Positions 1-12,705 of a stretch of DNA of 64,000 nucleotides are shown here, in pieces. The notes under the pieces were generated by a model. That model saw nothing but the letters and a program-made list of their open reading frames with translations, was not told the origin of the DNA and did not search any database. Source of the stretch: Hormiphora californensis (Eukaryota; Animalia; Ctenophora). Within the stretch, counting starts at the first letter, position 1. Each line of letters opens with the position of its first letter. The DNA is taken from positions 2,852,001 to 2,916,000 of the forward strand of contig CM035359.1 in assembly GCA_020137815.1 (NCBI GenBank). The letters run 5' to 3'. The position numbers and the translations under genes are program-made.

Positions 1-1288
1 TACTCCGACCCTCACAGAGCGTCATTTTATTAAATAAAACGCAGTGTGACTCCAACTCTTCAATGACTTACTTCAAGAAACAGAGAGTTATATACTGTCC
101 CTTCAATAACTTACTTGTTCCAAGGGACTCTGCATCCAAGACAAAGTTGAAGAGATGAAGTGTTGTGAGGTAATACAGCCACAGACCTGTGCCCTGTTCT
201 GTTAGGAGAAATAGTACATTGTTACTACATACTATCTGGTGGTGCCAGAGACACCGTTTTGATTACAGAGTTCGCTCAGATCGGTGCCTCGAGACAGCCA
301 CTTTATATTATTCAAGAAGTGCGCTTAAATCTTTCAAGTTGGCAAAACAGAAAATAAAAAGACACGCATTCATTGGAAAACAGTAAAAACAGATAAACAC
401 CACACAAAATCATTTTCAACAAAAAGTATGTACACACTCAAATCCCAAAATCCAGACATCCAAATATAGCAGTTCAGCGATGCCCACGTCATATATTACC
501 CAATAGTTGAGATGGAAGCAAAAGTACTTGATAGATGGTTAGCTCCTGCAAAAAAAGAGTGATAAATTGTACGAATATGTAGTAAGTTTTTGTTTCATGC
601 ATCTCAGCAACAAAATGGGCAATCACTCACGTTTCCTACTACATCCTGCACATTGTCCCATAGGAATTGCTCCTTTATAAAGTATTTCAGTCAAAGGATT
701 GCTCCTTCACAAAATCAAAGAGAATCAAAATGCAAATGAGTTCTAAATTGATCAATGTTCTGTTTGGCGAATACACCTGCGTGATCCAATGACCAGCATA
801 TGACACAGGTATGTACAAGTGAGTGGGGAGAGAGAGAGAGAGAGAGAGAGAGAACACGTGCGTAAATCTATTTGGAGGAGAAGAAGATTAGGATGATTAT
901 GAAAACCGATACCACGAGTTATTATAGCTATGACATAGACGGGTATAATAATATGTGATTCACAGGAAATGTAATGATTTAAAAAGACAAAACCAGATGG
1001 CTGACAGTAATGAAACGCTGGAACACTTGTCCGACAACTATTCTCAAATCGACAGAGTACGGTGTATGTACTGTTATGTGTGGTAATTACCACAGCGGGA
1101 GAGAAATAGTCAGTTAATTGACAAAGAATCATCACACGCATACACACACACAAATTGGGAGAGAAAAGAGTGCAAATGAGAGAGAGATGCCCGGGATGAG
1201 AAATCAAACATTGCCAATTATTATTACAGCCGTAATAATAGTGTGATGCAAATATTGTTGACAATCGAACTCAAACAAAAATACCAAC

Positions 1289-4200
1289 CTAGCTTTTGAC
1301 AGATTGCCTCGAGGATGCCCGTTTTAGGTCCGGTTTAACGGCAGGAACTGTCATCTTTACTGAGTCCTTTACTGAGTCCTTCTTGGGACTTTTTGTTACT
1401 CCACTTGCGAGTGATACTGGAGTTCCTTTTGCTGGACTCTTTTCCGGACTTTTCCGCGGACTCCGTGGAATTCCAGAGGCTATCGACTTAGCCGGCGATG
1501 ATGTGGCCGGTTTGGGAATTGTCGTTTTTGTGGCAACTTTTCCCGGGCTAGGTTTAGGAATTCCTGGTTTAGGAATTCCGGAACTCGTTTTAGTAGCTGC
1601 CCCACTGACCACCGGTTTACTACTGGCAACAGTGTTGCCCTTTTTTGGGCTAACAGGAACTCCATTTGCTAAAGACCTGGGACTCTTGTCAGGGGATTTA
1701 GATAACTCCAGTTTATTTGGGCTCTTTTTTATTCCACTCGCGATTGAAGACCGTCCTTCTGAAGCACTCTTCGATGGTGACTTTTTCGGAGACAGATGTT
1801 GGGAAACTTGAACAGGGAAATCATCAGTGGATTTGTCCCTTTTGACTGCAGGTTTTATTTCTGGAACTGTCATCTTAGTGTTTGATTTGCTTGGGCTTCT
1901 TTTCAGTACCTTCACTACAGGTTTCTTGACGGTCGATTTGAGAACTGCCGGCTTCTTCAACTTGTCAGACAAAGTTTCTGAGGTCGTGGATGGTTTTGAG
2001 GGAGATGTCTTTTTCGCAGACGGTGTTGGAATTGTTGGCTTTGGACTAACTAACGGTTTTGTCGGGGATGGTTTAGTGGCTACAGAAGGTTTAGTGGCTA
2101 CAGGTGGTTTTACAGCTACAGGTGGTTTTACTCCTACAGGAGGTTTTGATGCCTGTTTCCGATCGTTGCTCCCGGTAATTTAGGCTGAACTTTCTTTCCA
2201 GATACATCAGATGTTCTTGCTTTAGATTCAACCGCCGATTCTTTCACACCCGCCAATGGTTTTGAAACCACTTTCGAGACAGCTACACCTCTGCTCGGTG
2301 CAACCTTGGTTGTTGCTTCCTTCCCCAAACTTGCCACACTGTCAGCACTCCCCGTTCTCTTTGCGGCTGCACTTGACACGTAACTAGCACCGGGCGGTTT
2401 CCTTGATGTTGTACTGAGCTGTTTCCTAAGAACTGGCTTAGTGGTTGAAGGTGGTTGTTTGACCCCACCTGCAGCTCTCGGTCTCGGGGGTTTGATTCCA
2501 GTGGTTTTGGAAGAATTTGTAGCTTCTGTGTTGGGCTTTGAGCTAATTGTTGTTTTGGGTATAACTGCTGCTGTTTTGACTGCTGGCGATGTGATATTTT
2601 TAGGAAGAGAAGCTGCCGTTTTAATCGGAGAAACTGTTCTGGAGGGAGATGTCGATGATTTGGCGGGTGAAACGGTGGCCACTTTGTTCGGAGACACTGC
2701 CGTTTTAGTGGGAGAAACTGTTTTCTTCAGCACTTTTGGAGGAGAGACTGGTATTTTGGCGGGAGATACTGATGCTTTGGTTATTTTGGCGGGAGATACT
2801 GAAGCTTTGGTTGTTTTGGCGGGCGAAATATTTCTCTTGACTGGAGAAGCAGGAGCTGCAGTGAGAGACCTCTCTGGTTTAGATGATGAGACTGCAGCTG
2901 GAGAAGCTCCTGTTTTCGAGGGAGAGATTGTACGTTTTGGAGAGATGGGCAGTTTTGTAGATATGGCCGGGGATCGAACTTGTTTCAAGGCATCCAGTTT
3001 AGGTTTTGGGCTAACCACTGGTTTTGAAGGTGATGTCTTTCTGGGAGACGGTTGAGGAATTATGGCAGATTTTGGCTTAGGACTTATTACCGGTTTTGTT
3101 GGAGATGGTTTTGTCGGAGATGGTTTTGAAGGTGATGCTTTGGTAGGGGATGGTTTTGAAGCTTTTGGTTTTGGTATCCCTGGTTTCCCAGCTTCCTTCT
3201 TCTCCAACTTCTCCATTCTGTACTCGTCGTATTTGAACAGCAATGTCTCTATCTTATCTAGATCACTCTCGTATCCCGAAATTTCCTGTGACACTTTACT
3301 GACGGGCTTCGGTTTCACTTGGGGCCGGGCTGATCGTGGTGTTGGCTTGGGTTCGCCTTTTGCTGATTCGTCCCTGGAAGATGAGATTTAGATTTGGTTC
3401 AAGAACCAAGAATATCAGGAATATTTAATTAAAATTGTCAATATATTAGTACTGGCGAAGATCATTGATCGAAACGTACTTGTCGATGCTTCGTTGAAGA
3501 AGGGGCAACTCCTCAGCTGTGAATCGTAGATCCTCAATCGAGGACGGTACTGATATAATACTCTCTGAAATATTGAAGGGGGGGGGGGTTGCCCGGTAAA
3601 TCGGGACCCGGTGTATTGGGGTTCGACTGTATTTTAATTCTTGAAGGACACAAGGAAACATGCGTCAATACTAACCAAGTTGTTCGATTTGTGAATTCGA
3701 TAAAGTTCTATCCTCCACAGCTGATCCCTTCCTTCCTTCCTCTACCGCTGCTTCCTCCGCAAGCCGGCGCTCATGGTCCAGAAAACTGTCATTGCTTGTA
3801 TCAAAACTGCTCATTATAACAGAGATTCTCTGTTCACTTTCAGTTAGTAGAGCCCTCGCTTCATCTTGGGATATCTTCTCCGAGCAAAGAGAAAAGCCAT
3901 CATCCTCACTCACTGCTTCTTGGCTGAAACAATGATTGTGTTACTTTCAACATCTGGTTGTAAAGTTGTCAGTGTACTTTCTCTGACACTAAGCACACAA
4001 ACAACTGGCATCTATCATGCAATCTATATCCCATGGGACCAAGTGAAAATAAAAGATCGAGAATCGGATAAAAATATACCTGATATCAAGTTCATGTTGT
4101 AAGTTCAGCACTCCCAATTGACCACCATAGTCATCGTCCGTGAATGGGTCGGAAGTTAAACTCCTGAAACAGTATTTAGAACTGAACGCTACTCATATTT

Positions 4201-4840
4201 TTGAGGAAATTATATAAGGGTTGTCAATGGTTTTCATTGTTCAGCCAAACCTCCCCGCAGGGGTTTATTTTCCCGGTAAATCGAGGTTCTTGTAAATCGA
4301 GGTTTGAACCATTTCCAACACAGGTCTAGGTTTGATTGTATAATTTACTACTTACTTGTTGTCCTCAAAGAATGTATCCTCTCTAACCTCCTGCCTATCA
4401 TCACCACTGTCCTCAGCCGACACAAAATCCGCCACCTGCCGCTCCTCTCTTACCCTTCTTACGGGTGGAAGCACCGGTTTGACGACAATCTCCATCAGGC
4501 GCTCCCTGGTGCATCTCAACTGAGTTGTAAGATCTTGGATCGTGGTGCTTTGTCTCCGATTTGGTCGGGAGTAAAACCCAAAATCGTGACCACTTTCAAT
4601 GGGACGATTGCACTTCCGGTGCTTGTCAATCAGGATGCGGTTAAGCCTCACGGGAATTTGAGTCTTGATCTGTTTGTAATCTGGACTCCGTGCCAACTCT
4701 CCACGGGTTCGCTTGACAGTCGGAATGGGTGGAATTTGGTCGCGTAGCAACGCCTCTCGTCTCCGTGACAACCGCATGTCAAGAACGGTTTTTATGCGGC
4801 TCCTACTTGTCAATGGAGGGAGAGGTTCGAAACATGCCAT
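1289..4840 (-). CDS. Uncharacterised ~995-aa low-complexity Ser/Pro/Lys/Thr-rich protein with many SPxK sites and SxIP-like motifs; 5 exons, one apparent frameshift near 2160
   Basis: GT-AG exons 4840-4356, 4163-4080, 3923-3676, 3564-3480 and 3373-1289 join in phase (MACFEPLPP...DNK/SLTSDPF.../SQEAVSEDD.../ESIISVPSS...IDK/DESAKGEPKP...). The last exon switches frame between ORFs 2134..3318 and 1289..1972; total CDS length is 1 nt short of a multiple of 3. Confidence 0.7.
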
Positions 4841-5029
4841 GGGAGAGGAGCTCACTGTATGCAACAAAGTGGACAACAAAATGGACACCGGCGAGCTTTT
4901 AGGGAGCGTGCACCATAAAGAAAGAGAGGGGAGAGAAAGAAAGAGAGAGAGAGAAAGAGAGAGAAAGTTGAGAGATCCAAGACAGATGGAGATGCCCCCT
5001 GTTGCGATGCTGTGATGTCAAACTACAAG

Positions 5030-5043
5030 GTTACCATGGAAAC
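5030..5043. promoter_or_regulatory. RFX X-box-like element GTTACCATGGAAAC, ~190 bp upstream of the ATG at 4840
   Basis: Matches the X-box consensus GTTNCCATGGNAAC and sits in apparently unique intergenic sequence. Confidence 0.45.
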
Positions 5044-5252
5044 AACGTCCAATATTGTGTAACCCAATCTCAATAACTTAGATCTTACTGTGTTAGAAAC
5101 GAAACAGTTTAATGGACAGCTGTGCAAGTAGAATTAAATAAAACAGAATACGAACAAACAAATTCAATTTATCGTATATTATGGAGGTTAGATCAGCGAG
5201 GTTAGAGTAAAATAGCATCTCATGTCATTGTCAAATAACTGGATTGTACAAT

Positions 5253-6347
5253 TCACAGTCCAGTGTCCTGTGTATTTTGACTGTTTTGAATGACTACAGG
5301 AACTCCCGGCCTAGTTGGCTGACTACCTGTTCCCGCTACTGGCTGACTACTTGTGTGTGCCTCCCTCCCTCCACCAGTGATCCTATCAGCTACCCATGCT
5401 GCATATTTGGGTATCCTAATCAGGTAGACCACTGGGTTGACAGCGGCGTTCACACAGGGAAGCACGGCTCGTGTAAGGGGCCATGCGTACCAGTACATGA
5501 ACACTGTCATAAAGTGTGGTTTAGGGTAGGTACCAGCCATCATGTCCATCAGGTAGTAAATATCAATCACAATGAAAGGTGCCGTGGTTACTAGGAAGAT
5601 TCCAGTAAGCGTTGCTATGGTAACTGTAGCTCGCCGACTTCTGGAGCTTCCTGAGCCGTGGTTTCTTCGGAGTAGGTAACCAGCGGACACAGCGAATGAA
5701 AGTAGAACGATGCAGGTAGGGATTATGTAGGAAAGGTTGGGGAGAAGCTCCCAGAGTTGATCATTATCGAATTCTGGGACGTTGGGATTCGAGACGAAGG
5801 TACAGTAGACCGTCGAAGTGGAATACTCCAGTTTGTAGCTATCCTTGGTGGTGAGCGTGAACGTGACACCCTCAATAATCGTGTAGACAGCCCAAACTCC
5901 TATTGCAATAAAGATATATCGTCTCTGTAACCGGATGTACGGCCTCAATATCACCACAATTCTCGAGGCACTCAACACAAGTGTGAGGAAGAGGGACGCC
6001 TCCAGGAGGGTGCCCCAAACAGTGGCCCAACCGTAACATAAAGGCTGGGAGTGGAACCACCTCGGTTCACGGTTAGCTAACAGGGACACCAAGACTGGGA
6101 TACCACACAGACCCGTCAGCAGGTCAACCCCACACATGAACATGTACACGCACGTGGCAATGTCCTTTTTAGGGGACCGGAGGGTGAAGTAGTAGAGTGC
6201 GGTGGCGTTACCAGGGACTCCGATCACTGTTGCCAGGAAGATGGTGAGGGCTAGAATGTGGTCCCAGTTCCGGTGTTCTGGGTAGTAGAGGACGATGGGG
6301 AGGAAGAAGACGTGGGGATTCCATACTTCCGGAACGAGGGACACCAT
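5253..6347 (-). CDS. Single-exon orphan rhodopsin-like (class A) GPCR, 364 aa
   Basis: Seven hydrophobic segments; GN in TM1, Asp in TM2, Cys at the top of TM3 (PLCYGW), SASR at the DRY position, P in TM6 (TTAPF), NPVVY in TM7. Confidence 0.9.
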   Translation of the reverse strand: MVSLVPEVWNPHVFFLPIVLYYPEHRNWDHILALTIFLATVIGVPGNATALYYFTLRSPKKDIATCVYMFMCGVDLLTGLCGIPVLVSLLANREPRWFHSQPLCYGWATVWGTLLEASLFLTLVLSASRIVVILRPYIRLQRRYIFIAIGVWAVYTIIEGVTFTLTTKDSYKLEYSTSTVYCTFVSNPNVPEFDNDQLWELLPNLSYIIPTCIVLLSFAVSAGYLLRRNHGSGSSRSRRATVTIATLTGIFLVTTAPFIVIDIYYLMDMMAGTYPKPHFMTVFMYWYAWPLTRAVLPCVNAAVNPVVYLIRIPKYAAWVADRITGGGREAHTSSQPVAGTGSQPTRPGVPVVIQNSQNTQDTGL

Positions 6348-7357
6348 CTAAGGTAGGAATAATTGAAATTCATTTTGAAATTTTATTGAATCTATTCAAA
6401 ATAAAACACATTTGTGCTAATGAAAAACAGAATTTTGCTACCAACATCAAAATTAAATGTAGGAACAGCAGTATTTAGTGAGAGGGTGGAACAAGGCAAG
6501 CAAATTTAGCTACACATCTGCCCTGTAATCTGATCATGTTCAGACATGTAAGTACAGCAGCAGTATGTAGAAAGTTGAGGAAATCACCGGTTGTATCATA
6601 CCAGATCATGTAAAATTACAAATTGTGTCTAAAAATAAATGGAAAAGTTGGTACACGAGAATAAAAGTAGAGAAAAAGGAACACGTGTGCGGATGTATTA
6701 AGTATTGTGTTACGTACGCATGAAATTAAATAGTGATCTGTGATTCAAAAAGCGCTGAGAATATTTAATTCGTCACAGGCTTAAATATGTCTAATTTCGC
6801 TCTGCCGTTAATCGCTTACTTCAGGCAGTATTTAATTTAAAGAAGCATTCTTGACCACATTACAGTGTAAAATTTGTCGACTTTCTTTTGATAGTGACAA
6901 ATTAAACAATAATTCACTCAACAGCTCAACAAAGTTAATAATAAAGCTTGTTACTGTCAAGTGCAGCACAGGACACAACTGAAAAGGATCTTGTACACAC
7001 ATTTAGCTTACAAGAGCTCTCTCCTAATTAACACACTAATTATAACTTCCAGTAAAATAAAGAGTGATCTCAATCGAACTATATAATTACAGGAATTTGA
7101 TAGCTTTGAGATTAACGTACCATGATACCACTGTTATTATACTACTACTGCTGAAGGAATCGATCAAATGAATATATCGATATAGAGGACCATGTTATAG
7201 AATTCTTCTTTACCGCCAAATATCGCACAATGTGCAATAGAAATGTAATCATGTTCCCATTTATCGAGACGATATAGTTCCATTGAAGACGGTATCTGGC
7301 AATTGCTGCCATAATATAACAGCTTGCCCTCGTATAATAGCTTGGAACAGCTTGTAG

Positions 7358-8430
7358 ATTCAAGATTCAAGATTCAAGATTCAAATTAAAAAGTACTTAA
7401 CAATAATATTATTGTCATATAACTATAGGTAAAAAAGTGGGAGTAGGAGGGTTAGAGAGAGGGTTCAGGGGGTTGAGAGGAGAGGTATGGTGGGCGGTGG
7501 TAGTGTGTGTATTATGGGTTGATGATGGTGTGAATTAGGTGAGAGAGATGATGATTGATATGTGAGGGGAAGACATGACCACGAAGGGAGGTTCTGTCTT
7601 GATCTGTTAGGCGGTCTCGAGCTGATTTGGTGCGGGTGCATTCATTCAGCATGTGCCACTCATCTTGAATGATGGGGTCGAAGAAAGGGAGGGCACGCAG
7701 GAGAGGTATAGACTCGGGTGAGGAGCAATCATCACAGAAGCGCTCAGATCTGTCAGTTTTATTATGGCGTCCGGTTTCGATTTTTAGGCGGTGGGTACTC
7801 GTTCTTAACTTGATGAAGTCAGGTGCCGTCCTTCTTTCTAGGTAATCCTCAAAGCCATGTCCGGTCTTGACACTGTTGTAGAATTCAAGCTTCCGGTTGC
7901 TGTGGCGAATATCGTCCCATTGGGTCCAAAACCAATCTGAGATACGGGCCTGCACGAGTTGGGAGTTAGGGAGAAGTGTCTTCTGCGGGTGGTGGGCATT
8001 GGAGTCGAATATCTCGGAGGTCCTTAGGACACTTTGATACCAGGGCAACTGTAGTCGCTTCTGTTCGTTATAGGCGTGTACGACTAGCTTGCTTTGGTTG
8101 TCGAGAGTGTTGCTCATGATACATAGTCTATTGTGGAAGTCCAGCAGGTGTTTGCTGTTTCTTACGGCCAGGGGGACTCTATCAGTGTCCCCGTAGAGTG
8201 GAGGTAGCGGTGTGTTTTTCCGAAGTCCTAGTAGCCATCTCAGAAAGCTGGTTTGACATTTTTCTGTTTGGTCGTCCCAGATGTCCTTCGATGTAGTTTT
8301 CACATGCTTCCCGTTTAGAGATGTCTTGAGAAATCTTGTTTCGTGCAGCCAGATAGCTGATGCATACCCTGCTACAGGTGCTACCAGAGCATCAAATAGT
8401 TTTGTATAACAGCTTGGCAAGATTATCCTA
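7358..8430 (-). mobile_element. 5'-truncated non-LTR retrotransposon (L2/CR1-group-like): post-RT C-terminal part of ORF2 plus 3' UTR
   Basis: ORF 7512..8420 contains KLRTSTHRLKIETGR...RFCDDC...DEWHMLNEC, the Cys/His C-terminal motif of LINE ORF2. The element ends in a (TTGAATC)n tandem tail at ~7358-7384. Confidence 0.8.
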
Positions 8431-9298
8431 GTCAGGTGCAGTGAGAGTGATAATGGGCGAAAATGGGGAAGATGTAGTTTGAACTTCGGCAGTAGTTTGG
8501 CATGCTGATGCGTTACTAAATGCCCGTTTACCGAAACGAGAGGCAGACGTCCGGCAACTTGGACCGTTTTTCGTATGATGCATTAGACGAAAAACAATCC
8601 AAGTTTCCTTACATTAGCGAAACGTTTTTCATGGAACTGGAGCTGAGCTGGCAAACACGGAGAACAGGCCATTTATTTGGGCACATCGCACAATCCCCTG
8701 TGCGTGTGACGTAGTCACGCCACCCCCGTACATGTCTCCGACGTGTTCGGCAGCTTCACTGCCAATCCATTCATTTGGTGATGCAGTCACCCTTACAAAG
8801 CACGGCAAAACAACTCGAGTGAGGTGACTTCGCCACAATCCATTCATACACCACGTAACAAGGCTGCTTACAGCTTTACACGGTCGCTTGTAGTGGGAAA
8901 ACGGTAATGGAAAACTGAGATTCAGTAAGACGACGCGCAACCGTGGCCAATCAGGGCGCTAGTACGTGCTGAACACATGCACTTTTTGCCGCGTGTTATG
9001 CATTACGGTAATACGACTACAAGCAGCACTGTAACGAGCTAGGTACTGTTATACTGTACACTCATTTCATTGTGAGTGAGCTTGAATAGATACTGCTACA
9101 GCACAACAGTGTAGTAAAGAAAATACAGCTGTAGCAACTGAAAGAGAGAGACTTGAGAGTCGACTAAGTGTGTGATGGACACTAACAGGTGTTTTGGGTG
9201 AGTACTGAGTACTGAGTACTGAGTAGTATAATGGACATAATATTATTGTGACATACTAAAATATTATTCATATAACACACCTCATCGCTGATCATAGA

Positions 9299-10668
9299 GG
9301 CAATTTCTCATTTGCGGCATACGGCGTCTAGACGGCGTCGCAACGCCGTCTAGACGGCGTCTAGACGGTATACCGTCTGGACGGGTTTCGGTGAAATCAG
9401 CTAAAAACGGTACCGAAATTGCTTGAGACGGGTTATAGACGGTATCAGACGGTCTCTAGACGGGTTATAGACGGTATCAGACGGTGTTGCGACGGTATCA
9501 GACGGTCTCTAGACGGTGTCTAGACGGTACCGTCCCGGCGTCTGGACGGTGTCTAGACGGTATTCGTCCGAAAATTGTATCAGACGTTGAGACGGACTTT
9601 TAGAACTCCGTCTGTATTTCAGACGGAGTTTTAAAAGTACGTCTCAACGCAGTCTAAAGGAAAATCGATGAAAGTACCGTCTAGACAACGTCTCAACTGA
9701 AACCGGTCAACATACCGTCTAAACAACGTCTAGACAACGTCTAAACAGAATCTCGCGATTCAGTTTCAAATACCGTCTAGACAACTTCTCCAGCAATTTC
9801 GATAAGAATACCGTCTAAACAACGTCTAGACAACGTCTCAAATAATGATGTCTAGACTCGACCGTTTTCGAAGACCATTCTGGATTACCCATGCCAGTTG
9901 GAATTAGTGGTAGATGTGTGGTAGGCAGTCTAAAGAATTAAACTTCGCGCCTTACATTCATGAGACGACAATGGCGGGTTGCTGTTTCTTCTTACATTCA
10001 GCCAAACTGTTTTGGTATCTCCACATTCACTCTTACATCCAGCTATCGCGTTGTAATACAACTGTGAGATACTGTTTATGGCTGATACTATGAGACGTTG
10101 TTTAGACGGTATCTGTATCGGATTCGCTTAAGACGTTGTCTAGACGTTGTTTAGACGGTATTCGTATCGAAATTGCTAGAGAAGTTGTCTAGACGGTATT
10201 TGAAACTGAATCGCGAGATTCTGTTTAGACGTTGTCTAGACGTTGTTTAGACGGTATTTTGACCGGTTTCAGTTGAGACGTTGTCTAGACGGTACTTTCA
10301 TCGATTTTCCTTTAGACTGCGTTGAGACGTACTTTTAAAACTCCGTCTGAAATACAGACGGAGTTCTAAAAGTCCGTCTCAACGTCTGGTACAATTTTCA
10401 GACGTGCCGTCTCAATTTCGGACGGATACCGTCTAGACACCGTCCAGACGCCGTCCAGACGCCGGGACGGTACCGTCTAGACACCGTCTAGAGACCGTCT
10501 GATACCGTCGCAACACCGTCTGATACTGTCTATAACCCGTCTAGAGACCGTCTGATACCGTCTATAACCCGTCTCAAGCACTTTCGGTACCGTTTTTAGC
10601 TGATTTCACCGAAACCCGTCCAGACGGTATACCGTCTAGACGCCGTATGCCGCAAATGAGAAATCGCC
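9299..10668. mobile_element. Non-autonomous foldback/Mutator-like element with ~550-bp TIRs built from TCTAGACGG-type subrepeats
   Basis: Ends GGCAATTTCTCATTTGCGGCATACGG ... CCGTATGCCGCAAATGAGAAATCGCC; perfect 9-bp TSD GATCATAGA at 9290-9298 and 10669-10677. Confidence 0.85.
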
Positions 10669-10690
10669 GATCATAGATCCATAAAATGTA

Positions 10691-11049
10691 CTGTAAAACC
10701 AGATATTTTCACGACCATTAATTTTCGCGATTCGATCAAAATTGACTATTTTCGCGGTTTTAATTTTCGCTAATCCCACTGCCACCCCCATTTCACGGTC
10801 CTAGATTATTGTCTAATTACGCCATGAAGAGTCAGTCATACGAGCAGTGGTAACATGACCATTATTAACACTACTCCCATCTACAATGCTCAAGTTTCTC
10901 TACAAGCTCAAAGATAGTCAGCAATAATTTGCACGAGTTTTTTGTGAAAAATCTTCCAAAAATATTTTCGCGGAATTAATTTTCGCGGATTTTCCAGCCA
11001 AAAATAAAGAGCGAAAATTAAAACCTCATGAAAATTAATGGTTTTACAG
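10691..11049. mobile_element. Tc1/mariner-type MITE
   Basis: TIR CTGTAAAACC ... GGTTTTACAG flanked by TA on both sides; internal TTTTCGCG subrepeats. Confidence 0.65.
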
Positions 11050-11690
11050 TAGTTCATTTCCCCTTTAAATTTCATATTTCCCTTATTGATTGATGTTATC
11101 ATATAATTGATAATACAATAACAGTGATACTCCCAGTGATACTCCCTTATATTCGCCGCCCGCACAGCGCCGCCCAAAGCGCTGTTCACCGCGTCCATGA
11201 CTGCGTCTAAGCGTCTTGTAAAAAGAAATTTTTTTCTTCAAATCCGTTTATTAATTGTAGCTCTCCGTTGTAACAGCACCTGCTGTCTGTTGCTGTACTG
11301 CAGTAAACAATCAATGATCCATCACAGGATAGGTTAGGAGATGGGACGAGCATCAATCCATCACAGGATATAACAGAACTACCTCTAGGAGATGGGACAA
11401 GGTGCAATATCTCCCTAGACCCATGCCAATGGCGAACAGTAAATCATCCTGTCAGGTATAAACATGATGTTTGAAATGAAAGAAGGTGAGTTTATGACTA
11501 TTTAACTTTAATTTCATAAAATTTATAATCTGATGATCTGAGATGGGTTGAGGTGAATTATTATTATAGGAGAACGGAAACGCTCCTTCATTGTTGAGTA
11601 AGGGGGAAGAGTGTTCCCCCTTACTCAACAACTCCTTCACTTTCTCTACCTAGCGTGTATTGTTTACTTTTCCTACTGACTTTTTCTCTT

Positions 11691-11763
11691 TCTTTATTAT
11701 TATTATATCTTTATTATTATTATATCTTTATTATTATTATTATATCTTTATTATTATTATATC

Positions 11764-11800
<37 letters not shown>

Positions 11801-11872
11801 CTATATTATTATATCTTTATCTTTATTATTATTATTATATCTTTATTATTATTATATCTTTATTATTATTAT
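11691..11872. repeat. (TAT)n / CTTTATTATTATTATAT simple satellite
   Basis: Directly visible; explains spurious ORFs 11655 and 11660. Confidence 0.95.
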
Positions 11873-12533
11873 TGACTTTTTCTCTTTCATTATGCAACGA
11901 CGGACATTTAGTCTTTACTTGAGCCGTGGATACAGTTTAGCTTAAGCAAAATCTGAATGTTATCAATTTGAATGCATCGTTTGGGAAAGCTTCGAAAGCT
12001 CAACAGAGAGCTTGGTTTCGACTTGTTGAGTCCCCTTAGGTACTTAAAAAGTTTTGACAATTTCTGCTAGCTCGCTTAAATGATGGACCTCATTCCGCTG
12101 TGACGTTGATCATGGGAAATTGTCAGTATTTAAACTTGTTGCATTGCTTGTTTGTAAGTGCATACCAAACCAATGAGTAGATACAGTGAGTAGCTTGTTT
12201 TATGACACATTGCCATTGGTGACATAGACACATGTGCAAGATCGAAGTCACGCAACGACTGAGATAGAGCTCCGGAGCTCATACATATATTACTTGCGAA
12301 GCGAGAATATGTGGCAATGGTACCAAAGTATCACAATTAATGCTTTTGTCGTTTATAGATCAATCGATATTTTGCATGGCAGCGTGTACCTTCTGTGTAT
12401 TAAGCAAGACACTTATAAAATGTGGTTTGATACTCAACTTTTTGGTAGAACGGAATTCATTTTCAATTAACCACCATAACGGCCACTCAATTGATTTTAA
12501 CCTGTTAAATTCCAATTTCCGAAAAAGTGAATA

Positions 12534-12705
12534 CAGTCGGACCCCGATTTACCGGGCCCCGATTTACCGGAACCCCGATTTACCGGGAGGATAAACTTCC
12601 CCGAATATAGGATTTGAACAGTATTTAACCCCGATATACCGGGCACCCCGATTTACCGGGCAAAACCCTTTCCCCCGAGCATCCCGGTAAATCGGGGTCC
12701 GACTG
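12534..12705. mobile_element. Tc1/pogo-like MITE, CAGTCGGACCCCGATTTACCGGG family
   Basis: TIR CAGTCGGACCCCGATTTACCGGG ... CCCGGTAAATCGGGGTCCGACTG with TA TSD. Related copies or fragments at ~3590-3630, 35353-35529, 37358-43568, ~49620-49692 and ~50246-50356. Confidence 0.85.

Noticed and set aside
60-790. Minus-strand donor/acceptor-like signals downstream of the S/P/K gene
   Set aside because: I could not build a consistent reading frame. They may be non-coding exons or chance matches.
1296-3391. Long plus-strand ORFs (1296..1811, 1827..2183, 2441..3055, 3062..3391)
   Set aside because: Antisense shadows of the low-complexity minus-strand exon.
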